This document shows, one piece after another, positions 1-7,240 of a stretch of DNA of 11,590 nucleotides; the stretch's first letter is position 1, and every line of letters begins with the position of its first letter. The notes beneath the pieces were generated by a model. It saw only the letters and a program-made list of their open reading frames with translations, made no database searches and had not been told where the DNA came from. The position numbers and the translations under genes are program-made. The stretch is from Candidatus Micrarchaeia archaeon (GTDB lineage Archaea > Micrarchaeota > Micrarchaeia > Micrarchaeales > CABMGC01): positions 1-11,590 of the forward strand of contig JBMFIM010000019.1 of the NCBI GenBank assembly GCA_049976305.1. The letters run 5' to 3'.

Positions 1-167
1 CTCTCTACCAAGAGGGCATAGGCGGCGCGCCCATAGACCTGCAGCACCTTGTTGGCTGGTGGCCATTGAACGGCAACGCCAACGACTACAGCGGCAACGG
101 CAACAACGGCGTGCCAAACGGCGTTACCTTTACGAGCAACTGGTGGCAAGGCTACACGCCACCGTGA
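1..167 (+). CDS. 3' end (partial) of a LamG-like jellyroll / pentraxin-like domain protein, probably surface-exposed
   Basis: Not in the ORF track. The frame from position 3 reads LYQEGIGGAPIDLQHLVGWWPLNGNANDYSGNGNNGVPNGVTFTSNWWQGYTPP, with stop TGA at 165-167. LY..G followed by LVGWWPLNGNANDYSGNGNNG is the typical LamG/ConA-like signature. Confidence 0.85.
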   Translation, partial: LYQEGIGGAPIDLQHLVGWWPLNGNANDYSGNGNNGVPNGVTFTSNWWQGYTPP

Positions 168-172
168 GGCAG

Positions 173-229
173 CAATTAGATCAAACGGCAAATTTTTAGT
201 TTGCTTGCAAATTGCGATAGCAGTTTTTC
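173..229 (+). terminator. possible terminator region between convergent genes
   Basis: Two T5 tracts on + and a short GCAAA/TTTGC stem nested in GCAATT/AATTGC, in the 73-bp gap between the convergent LamG and ATPase genes. Confidence 0.3.
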
Positions 230-240
230 ACACTTCGCAT

Positions 241-1539
241 TCATATTGCATGGCTAGAAAGCAGCCATTTCCATAAAGGTGTGCACTCTACTCTGATTCC
301 ATATTTATTTATTTCTCCTTCAAAATCCCAAGTTATTATCTTTGCTTTGCTGCAGCGGAGCGCCTTTTTGGCCTTCCTCAGTGCTAAAAGTTCCCTTTCT
401 TCTAGCTCCTCCTTGCTTGATGCATGTGTGACCTGCAACAGCTCTTTCACGCCACTGCCGTCTTTTATTACAAAATCTACTTCGCTTCCGCTTGCATCTT
501 TCCAATAATAAATATCATATCTGTGGTGTGGCGAGTTTTTTCTCATAAGCTCTACAAACACTGCGTTTTCCATCAATCTGCCAATATCCTTGGCTTGCGA
601 GAAGTAGCTTGATATTCCCGTATCGCAAAGGTATACCTTCTTCGAGGATAGGGCACTCTTTTTTATCGAGAAATCAAACTTTTGCACGATGAATGAGAAG
701 AATGCATCTTCAAAGTAAGAGAGGTAGCTATATAGGGTCTTTTTACCTATTCCTGCGCCGTTGCTCTTCAGCACTAGGTAATTCTTGTTTATTGAGAACT
801 CCTTCGAGAATGAGGCAGCCACCGCTTTAATCATGAATTTTGCAGCTTCTATGTTCCTTATCTTTTCCCTTTCAACTACATCTTTGAACAATAGCACATC
901 AACATACTCCCTGAAGAAATCTGCCGGTTGGGCGTTGCGCAAAACCACATCAGGAAATCCTCCAGTTTGCAGGTATTCGCGCAGCAGGTTCTTTATTGCG
1001 CTTGCCGTCATGCTGTCGACCTTGCCTTCGGTATATTGCACGCCCTTAATGCCTATCAGTTCTTTGAATGAAAAGGGGAGCACCAATACCGGCAAGCTCC
1101 TTCCTCTGAGCTGGGTCGCTATTTCCCTGCTGAGCAATTTTGAAGATGAGCCTGTTAGTACAATACTGTATAGTTTGCGTTCATACAAGGTGTATACCAC
1201 CTTCTCCCAACCATCAAACGCCTGCACCTCGTCGAAGAAAAGGTATTTGGGTTGGGTTCCATACAGCTCTTGATGGTAAAGTGTGCATTTTAACACTTCT
1301 TCTCCACTCAAGTCGCTTATGCCGGCATCTTCAAAGTTTATTATCAAATATTCCTCGTCTTTTAGTTTCCTTTCCTTTATAAAAGAGTAAAACAAGTATG
1401 TTTTGCCAGCCCTTCTCGGCCCTATAATTGCAGTTATAATGTTTCTGTTTGGCTCCAGATTTATTTCTCTAGGCTCTACTTCATCAAGTATGAGTTTTAA
1501 ATACGCCTTTTTATCAAGCAAATACTGTTTCAAATCCAT
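241..1539 (-). CDS. AAA+ superfamily ATPase, COG1373 type (AAA_14 + DUF4143), about 432 aa
   Basis: Walker A GPRRAGKT, Walker B LFFDEVQ, LTGSS, GGFP, KKVYLCDTG, GRLMENAV and C-terminal EVDFVI...LLQVT. Start moved from 1563 to ATG 1539 (MDLKQY) because a TATA box (TTTATATG, 1568-1561) lies 22-29 nt upstream of it and overlaps the longer ORF start. Confidence 0.92.
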   Translation of the reverse strand: MDLKQYLLDKKAYLKLILDEVEPREINLEPNRNIITAIIGPRRAGKTYLFYSFIKERKLKDEEYLIINFEDAGISDLSGEEVLKCTLYHQELYGTQPKYLFFDEVQAFDGWEKVVYTLYERKLYSIVLTGSSSKLLSREIATQLRGRSLPVLVLPFSFKELIGIKGVQYTEGKVDSMTASAIKNLLREYLQTGGFPDVVLRNAQPADFFREYVDVLLFKDVVEREKIRNIEAAKFMIKAVAASFSKEFSINKNYLVLKSNGAGIGKKTLYSYLSYFEDAFFSFIVQKFDFSIKKSALSSKKVYLCDTGISSYFSQAKDIGRLMENAVFVELMRKNSPHHRYDIYYWKDASGSEVDFVIKDGSGVKELLQVTHASSKEELEERELLALRKAKKALRCSKAKIITWDFEGEINKYGIRVECTPLWKWLLSSHAI

Positions 1540-1544
1540 AATAA

Positions 1545-1582
1545 TATAGGGGGAAGAAATCATATAAATCTTTCCTCCTATA
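1545..1582 (-). promoter_or_regulatory. BRE/TATA promoter of the ATPase, enclosed by an 11-bp inverted repeat (putative operator)
   Basis: TATAGGGGGAA (1545-1555) and TTCCTCCTATA (1572-1582) are 10/11 complementary. The 16-nt spacer contains the minus-strand TATA TTTATATG, preceded by purine-rich GGAAAGA. Confidence 0.7.
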
Positions 1583-1988
1583 CAACTCTATATTTTTGTC
1601 GAAACCCGCATTTACTGTCCATTAAGAAGCCTGCCTTTCTTTTATGCGGCATACCTTTCTACTGCCTCATTTTTCCATTGTCGTGTGCAACTTTTTCATC
1701 GGCTCTGTCTGAAAATGTGGTTGATACGAAAAGAAGGCACAGCTCACAAAGCAAATCGGCAGCACCTGATAGAACAAGCAAGCAAAAGCACCTATTTTTG
1801 TTGACGTAATTGATCGACCAAATATTATCATGACGAGTTTAGGTTATTCCCTATTAGAATGTTGAGGCGTTTGTCTCGCAATCTTGCCCTCAGAACCTTG
1901 CTAAGATTCGTTGCACTAACACCGATTTATCTACGCATGGATTCTTAATTCCACTGCAGCATGAGTCTTTGGGCTTTTTGTTGGTAAT

Positions 1989-2017
1989 GATTTTATATTT
2001 CTTTTTAATCAAAAATC
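1989..2017 (+). promoter_or_regulatory. putative TATA promoter of cdc48, possibly bidirectional
   Basis: TTTTTAAT at 2002-2009 (-31 to -24 from ATG 2033) and TTTATAT at 1992-1998. The minus strand reads AAAAAGAAA-TATAAAA. Confidence 0.5.
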
Positions 2018-2032
2018 TATTGCAGTGTTTTT

Positions 2033-4189
2033 ATGCCAAACGGAGTAGAGCTTATAGTCAGCGATGCGCTAATAACCGATACTGGGAGAGGGGTTGCTAG
2101 GATAGATACAAAAACCAGAAACATACTTGGCGTTGATACTTACGACGTCATAGAGATAAAGGGCAAGACCAAGTCCACTGGGGCAATAGTATGGCCTGCG
2201 CATCCGAGCGACGAAGGGCTCGGTTTCATAAGAATAGACGGCTACATAAGGCAGAACATAGGTGTGGGGATAGGAGACAAAGTCTTCGTTACAAAGGCGA
2301 ATCCGAGCAATGCCGAGAAGATTACAATAGCGCCTCCAATAGGCCAAAAGCCGCCAGTCTCGCCAGAGTTTCCTGAATATGCAAAGAGAAGGCTTGAAGG
2401 CAGGCCAGTGACAAGAGGCGACATAATCCCGATTCCTATGTTTGGCCTGGTTTTCAATTTCATAGTCGTGCAGACAATACCCCACGACATAGTCATAGTC
2501 ACCAGGGAAACAAACCTGATAGTAAGGGAGGAGCCGGTTTCAGAATCAGAAGTAAGGGTCAACGACGTGCATTACGAAGACATTGGCGGCCTTAAGAACG
2601 AGATCCAGAAGATAAGGGAGATGGTAGAGTACCCAATAAGGTACCCCGAGGTTTTCGAGAGGCTCGGCATAGACCCGCCCAAGGGCGTTCTTCTTTACGG
2701 TCCGCCTGGCACAGGCAAGACCCTGCTTGCAAAAGCAGTAGCAACGGAAAGCGATGCGCATTTCATCGCCATTTCAGGGCCAGAGCTTGTTAGCAAGTTC
2801 GTAGGCGAAAGCGAGGAAAGGCTCAGGGAGATATTCAAGGAAGCAAACGAAAAGGCGCCTTCAATAATCTTCTTTGATGAGATAGATGCCATAGCGCCTA
2901 AGAGGGAGGAAGCTACAAACGAGGTGGAGCGAAGAATGGTCTCGCAGCTTCTCGCGCTTATGGACGGCATGCCTGCGAGGGGCCACGTCATCGTTCTTGC
3001 AGCAACAAACAGGCCTGACGCCATAGATCCGGCGTTGAGAAGGCCAGGCAGGTTCGACAGAGAAATAGAAATAGGCGTGCCAGACAGGAATGCAAGGAAG
3101 GAGATCCTGCTTATTCATACGCGCAACGTGCCTTTGGCAAAAGACGTCAACATAGACGAACTGGCAAACATAACTCACGGCTATACTGGCGCTGATCTTC
3201 AAGCGCTTGTAAAGGAAGCGGCTTTGGCAGCGCTTAGGAATGTTTGGCCAAAGATTGTAGGCAAGCAGCACATACCTGAAGACATACTTCTCAACCTCTC
3301 TGTAAGCAGGGAGAACTTCATGGAGGCCCTCAAGAGCATAAGGCCGAGCGCACTTAGGGAGGTCTTTGTAGAAAGGCCAAATGTGCATTGGAATGATATT
3401 GGAGATCTTGAAGAGGTAAAGGAGGAGATTAAGGAAGCTGTAGAGCTGCCTCTTAAAGAGCCGGAGGCTTTTGAGAAGATAGGAATAAGGCCTATAAAAG
3501 GAATTTTGCTGGTCGGTGCGCCTGGCACAGGCAAGACCCTCCTTGCAAAAGCAGTGGCGACAGAACGAGAAGCAAACTTCATTTCGATAAAAGGCCCAGA
3601 GGTTCTCAGCAAGTACGTAGGTGAAAGCGAGAAGACTGTAAGGGAGCTTTTCAGGAAGGCGCGCATGGCTGCTCCTTGCATAATCTTCATTGACGAAATA
3701 GATGCGATTGCCAACCCGAGAGGCTCTGATATTACTGATTCCAGGGTAACGGAGCGCGTTGTAGACACGTTGCTTACAGAGATGGATGGCCTGCAAGATC
3801 TGAAGAATGTAGTTGTGCTTGCAGCGACAAACAGGCCAGAGGACATAGACCCTGCTTTGCTGAGGCCAGGCAGGTTTGACAAGATAATAGAAATACCAAT
3901 GCCCAACGAGGTTGCAAGGCTTGAAATACTCAAGGTGCATACGCGCCGCATGCCTCTAGACAAGGACGTTGACCTGGTAGAGATAGCAAAACTAACAGAG
4001 AACTACACAGGCGCTGAGATAGAGAACGTGGTAAGAGAAGCAGGCATGAATGCAATAAGGAACAAGCGCGACGTTGTGAAGAAAGAGGACTTCATGAGGG
4101 CACTTGCTGAGATAAAGCCTGCAATTCCAAAAGAGGTAAGCGAGCGCATAAAGCGATTCAAAGAAGAGCCAAACAGCATGTACAGATAG
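2033..4189 (+). CDS. cdc48: CDC48/VCP/VAT family AAA+ ATPase (N domain + D1 + D2), 718 aa
   Basis: N-domain [11 protein letters not shown]1 has [21 protein letters not shown] and [13 protein letters not shown]2 has [16 protein letters not shown] and [10 protein letters not shown]-terminal MYR is an HbYX proteasome-docking motif. Confidence 0.98.
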   Translation: MPNGVELIVSDALITDTGRGVARIDTKTRNILGVDTYDVIEIKGKTKSTGAIVWPAHPSDEGLGFIRIDGYIRQNIGVGIGDKVFVTKANPSNAEKITIAPPIGQKPPVSPEFPEYAKRRLEGRPVTRGDIIPIPMFGLVFNFIVVQTIPHDIVIVTRETNLIVREEPVSESEVRVNDVHYEDIGGLKNEIQKIREMVEYPIRYPEVFERLGIDPPKGVLLYGPPGTGKTLLAKAVATESDAHFIAISGPELVSKFVGESEERLREIFKEANEKAPSIIFFDEIDAIAPKREEATNEVERRMVSQLLALMDGMPARGHVIVLAATNRPDAIDPALRRPGRFDREIEIGVPDRNARKEILLIHTRNVPLAKDVNIDELANITHGYTGADLQALVKEAALAALRNVWPKIVGKQHIPEDILLNLSVSRENFMEALKSIRPSALREVFVERPNVHWNDIGDLEEVKEEIKEAVELPLKEPEAFEKIGIRPIKGILLVGAPGTGKTLLAKAVATEREANFISIKGPEVLSKYVGESEKTVRELFRKARMAAPCIIFIDEIDAIANPRGSDITDSRVTERVVDTLLTEMDGLQDLKNVVVLAATNRPEDIDPALLRPGRFDKIIEIPMPNEVARLEILKVHTRRMPLDKDVDLVEIAKLTENYTGAEIENVVREAGMNAIRNKRDVVKKEDFMRALAEIKPAIPKEVSERIKRFKEEPNSMYR

Positions 4190-4867
4190 CTAGAGCTTGA
4201 CAAGCGAAAAGCTGGCCTTGCTCGCCAAGCCCCTAGCCTTTAGCCTTTCCAGCTCTGCATTTTTCTGCCTGTATTGGCTTTGCTCCTCAGCAACTAGCAG
4301 AAACTCCTTTATGCCAAGCTTTTCTATTGCTAGCGTTATATCAGGCAAAAGCTCTTCTATGCTGTTAGCCTGCATGAAGTAGCAATCATCAGCGTCTACG
4401 CCCAGCTTCTTTGCAAGCTCCGCATACTTGGCGCTGCTCGAGTTTGTTATCGCCGCAATGTGCCTCTTAGGCTCGCTGGGCTTGCTTTCAATGAGCATTG
4501 AGCTTATGCCTATTCCTTTGCCAGCAAACATGCTTTCGAGCTTAGATTTTTGGACCAGCTCGTTGTTCTTTTCTAGCTCTAGCCTGCTTGCTAGCTTCAA
4601 GCCTTTGAACTGCTTGACAAGCTCTGAATGCAAGCTCTCGCTTTCTTTTCCGTTGAGCGCGCCAAAGACGTAGCCCATTGCACCGCAGTCTGTGTGAGCA
4701 ACAAGCTTTATCTCGCTTATGTTGCTGCTATCTACAAGGTACCTTAGCGTCTGCTCAACTCCAGCAACGTTTCCGCCGGCGTTCCTTACGAAGATCTGCT
4801 TGCCATTGTTCATCGAGTCCAGAGCATTGTTTAGCCTCCTGTCCATGCAAGAAACTACTATTTCCAT
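4190..4867 (-). CDS. beta-class carbonic anhydrase family protein (Cab/clade D-like) with C-terminal extension
   Basis: Zn-binding and catalytic motifs SCMDRR (C7, D9, R11), RNAGG and HTDCG (H58, C61). Starts 4 nt after the asnS stop. Confidence 0.85.
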   Translation of the reverse strand: MEIVVSCMDRRLNNALDSMNNGKQIFVRNAGGNVAGVEQTLRYLVDSSNISEIKLVAHTDCGAMGYVFGALNGKESESLHSELVKQFKGLKLASRLELEKNNELVQKSKLESMFAGKGIGISSMLIESKPSEPKRHIAAITNSSSAKYAELAKKLGVDADDCYFMQANSIEELLPDITLAIEKLGIKEFLLVAEEQSQYRQKNAELERLKARGLASKASFSLVKL

Positions 4868-4871
4868 GCAA

Positions 4872-6179
4872 TCACGGCTTTAGCCTGTTTATTACCCTTG
4901 GGAAAGGTATTGCATCTCTTATGTGTTCAAGGTTGAGAAGCCACTTAATCAGCCTTTCCATTCCCATTCCAAATCCAGAATGCGGCACAGACCCATATCT
5001 TCTCAGGTCTATCCACCAGTCGTAGTTTTCAAGGTTGAACTTTATCCCTTTTGCCTGCTCGAATTCCCTTATGCGCTGCATAAGCTCTTCATAGTTCCAC
5101 ACTCGCTCCGTGCCGCCAATGATTTCTCCGTGGCCATGCGGAGCCTGCATGTCGTCGCTTAGCACAGTCCTAGGGTCCTTGGGATTGGGCCTTGCATAGA
5201 ACGCCTTCAGCTCCCTAGGCCAGTCTGTTACGAAAATGGGCTTTTCCTCATCTTCTGTCAGCATCTTCTCTTCAGGCACTCCGAAGTCATCGCCCCACTT
5301 CAGGTGGCCGCCCTTGCTGTTTATTATCTCAATGGCCTGCTCGTATGTTACCCTCTTGAAAGGAGGCTTTACCGCTTTTAGGCCTGCAGGATCCACATTG
5401 AGAACCTTTAGCAGGTCTTCATGTTCTGCTATCTTGTTTGCTATGTAGCTCACAAGCCGCTCCTGCAGCTTCATGCTCTTGTTTATGTCATAGTATGCCA
5501 TCTCGGGTTCAAGATGCCAATATTCTGCAAGGTGCTTTGTAGTTCTTGACTTCTCAGCCCTGTAGGAAGGCGCGAAGGAATAAACTTTTTCCAGGGCGAA
5601 TATCAGCACCTCGGCATAAAGCTGGGAAGATTCTGTTAAATAGGCCTTCTCGCCGAAGTAGTTGACCTCAAACAAGTCTGCACCGGTCTCCCCGCCTGCA
5701 ACAGTGATCAAAGGCGGCGTTATCTCATAGAAGCCTCTTTTGTCAAGGAATTCGCGCGCATACCTAAACACATATGACCTAAGCTTGAGTATTGTTGTCA
5801 TTCTGGTGCTCCTAAGCCACAAGTGGCGCTTGTCAAGAAGAAGCTCGGGGCTCTGATATTCGGTGATAGGGAAAGGCTCCGCAATGTGCACGTTAGCAAA
5901 CTTCTTAGCGGTTACTTCGTAGCCAGTAGGAGACCTCGGATCCTGCTTCAAAATGCCAGCTACTTCAATGCTTGATTCTATGCTTGTATCTTCAGCAGCC
6001 TTCCAGGAAGCCTCATCTACTGCGTCTTTTCTCACTGCAATCTGCACGAGCCCTGTGCTATCTCTTAGAACTATGAAGACTATGCCACCGCTTTCCCTTT
6101 TCCTGTAAACCCAGCCTCTAAGCGTTACTTCCTTGCCCACATATTTCGCAGATTCAGCGGCATGAATGAGCTTTGCCAT
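4872..6179 (-). CDS. asnS: asparagine--tRNA ligase, about 435 aa
   Basis: OB-fold LRGWV..KRESGGIVFIVLRD, RHLWLRS, SSQLY, motif 2 YRAEKS..HLAEYWHLEPE, GEIIGG.ER and motif 3 DLRRYGSVPHSGFGMGMER. Start set at ATG 6179 (MAKLIH) because the 30-aa upstream extension runs through the AT-rich promoter region. Confidence 0.93.
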   Translation of the reverse strand: MAKLIHAAESAKYVGKEVTLRGWVYRKRESGGIVFIVLRDSTGLVQIAVRKDAVDEASWKAAEDTSIESSIEVAGILKQDPRSPTGYEVTAKKFANVHIAEPFPITEYQSPELLLDKRHLWLRSTRMTTILKLRSYVFRYAREFLDKRGFYEITPPLITVAGGETGADLFEVNYFGEKAYLTESSQLYAEVLIFALEKVYSFAPSYRAEKSRTTKHLAEYWHLEPEMAYYDINKSMKLQERLVSYIANKIAEHEDLLKVLNVDPAGLKAVKPPFKRVTYEQAIEIINSKGGHLKWGDDFGVPEEKMLTEDEEKPIFVTDWPRELKAFYARPNPKDPRTVLSDDMQAPHGHGEIIGGTERVWNYEELMQRIREFEQAKGIKFNLENYDWWIDLRRYGSVPHSGFGMGMERLIKWLLNLEHIRDAIPFPRVINRLKP

Positions 6180-6312
6180 GTGCCTAATTTCCCTTTTAAC
6201 CTTTTTATGTCTTTTCAGAATTGGGTTTTGAGTTGCTAGGCTTGAGCAAGTTGATTCTAAAATATACATTCCGCTGCGTAGGCAATATATTTATTGAGGT
6301 ATAAGTGCAAGC

Positions 6313-7056
6313 ATGCACTATTCCTATACTCTCGGCGGTCTTAGGATAAGCATAAGCGACTATGTGTTAAAGGTGAATGGAAAAGAGGCAAAGGCATCGG
6401 TAAGGAATGCGGGCGAAATGGGGGAAGTGCTCTATGACAGGTCATGGCTCAAGGGCAAAGAGGCCATGCAGCTTTATTACATGTACAGGGATATTGCCGA
6501 TTTCGAGAAGCTGCGCAAATACAAGGTGAGATATGATATTACCATAATGAGGCCTTTAAGGCTTGGAAAGGAGCTCAACAAGACACTCGGCCACTACCAT
6601 CCAGTTGCAGAAAAGGGTCTTTCCTATCCTGAGCTTTACGAGGTTCTAGATGGCGAAGCCATTTATCTGTTGCAGAAGCCTTTGCACAACGGAGTGGAGG
6701 CGGTACTGATAAATGCGAAGAAAGGCGACAAGGTGCTCATACCTCCAAATTACGGGCACATAACCATAAATGCAGGCAAAAAGGATCTCGTAATGGCGAA
6801 CCTTGTCTCTTCTATATTCGAGTCGAACTACAAGCCGATACTCAAGAAGCATGGTGGAGCGGTCTATGTTCTTTCAGACATGCTGCTCGCCTTGAACAGG
6901 AATTATGGCGATGTGCATATGCATGTGCTAGATAATCCGGGAAGTTTTGTGTTCAAAGCAAGATCAAGTCTTCTGGACCTTTTTGTCCTGAGCCCACACA
7001 AATTCAGGTTCCTCAACAAGCCTTCTTTGTTGAGTTTGAATCTAAAGAAGGAGTAA
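6313..7056 (+). CDS. pgiA: cupin-type (archaeal) glucose-6-phosphate isomerase family protein
   Basis: LYYMYRD, RYDITIM, KTLGHYHP, YPELYEVLDGEA and IPPNYGHITIN; the cupin metal ligands H,H,E,H are intact. AT-rich TATA-like AATATATTTATT at 6284-6295. Confidence 0.88.
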   Translation: MHYSYTLGGLRISISDYVLKVNGKEAKASVRNAGEMGEVLYDRSWLKGKEAMQLYYMYRDIADFEKLRKYKVRYDITIMRPLRLGKELNKTLGHYHPVAEKGLSYPELYEVLDGEAIYLLQKPLHNGVEAVLINAKKGDKVLIPPNYGHITINAGKKDLVMANLVSSIFESNYKPILKKHGGAVYVLSDMLLALNRNYGDVHMHVLDNPGSFVFKARSSLLDLFVLSPHKFRFLNKPSLLSLNLKKE

Positions 7057-7066
7057 ATGCCGGAAA

Positions 7067-7137
7067 TGGGCCCGCGGAGAGTCGAACTCCGGTCTCCACT
7101 CTGTGAAAGTGGCGTCTTACCGCTGGACCACGAGCCC
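7067..7137 (-). tRNA. tRNA-Val(CAC), intronless, CCA not encoded
   Basis: Minus strand folds as GGGCTCG TG GTCC AGCGGTA AGAC G CCACT TTCACAG AGTGG AGAC CGGAG TTCGACT CTCCG CGGGCCC A: a full cloverleaf with anticodon CAC and discriminator A73. Confidence 0.96.
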
Positions 7138-7162
7138 TGTCGATTGTTTTTGGGAGAAGAAA

Positions 7163-7177
7163 TATTAAAAGTTTGCG
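7163..7177 (-). promoter_or_regulatory. BRE/TATA promoter of tRNA-Val
   Basis: Minus strand CGCAAAC-TTTTAATA, with the TATA 26-33 nt upstream of the mature 5' end. Confidence 0.65.
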
Positions 7178-7202
7178 CAGTTGTGCAGCTGTAGCGATTT
7201 GC

Positions 7203-7218
7203 AAGTAAGGTTTATAAT
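7203..7218 (+). promoter_or_regulatory. BRE/TATA promoter of the pduO-type gene (leaderless)
   Basis: AAGTAAGG-TTTATAAT, with the TATA at -30 to -23 from ATG 7241. Confidence 0.65.
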
Positions 7219-7240
7219 TGCAGAGTTCCTTATTCAAAAC

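Noticed and set aside
60..167. AAC-rich tract as a DGR template or variable repeat
   Set aside because: No reverse transcriptase and no second copy differing at adenines in the window. The Asn/Gly motif is normal LamG sequence. It cannot be excluded outside the window.
1799..1826. dif/Xer-like site (TTACGTCAACA arm on the minus strand)
   Set aside because: The partner arm lacks the TAA needed for the 11-6-11 dyad.
1947..1960. ORB-like sequence (minus GCTGCAGTGGAATT vs GTTCCAGTGGAAAC), i.e. a replication origin in the gap
   Set aside because: A single partial match with no G-string, no repeated ORBs and no orc1/cdc6 nearby.
2069..4203. Long antisense ORFs inside cdc48 (e.g. 2861-3940, 359 aa; 3199-3963, 254 aa)
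   Set aside because: Shadow frames of a highly conserved, codon-biased gene, with no recognisable motifs or promoter.
7057..7137. tRNA-Val as an integration site
   Set aside because: No duplicated tRNA 3' end, integrase or island boundary in the window; it is flanked by metabolic genes.
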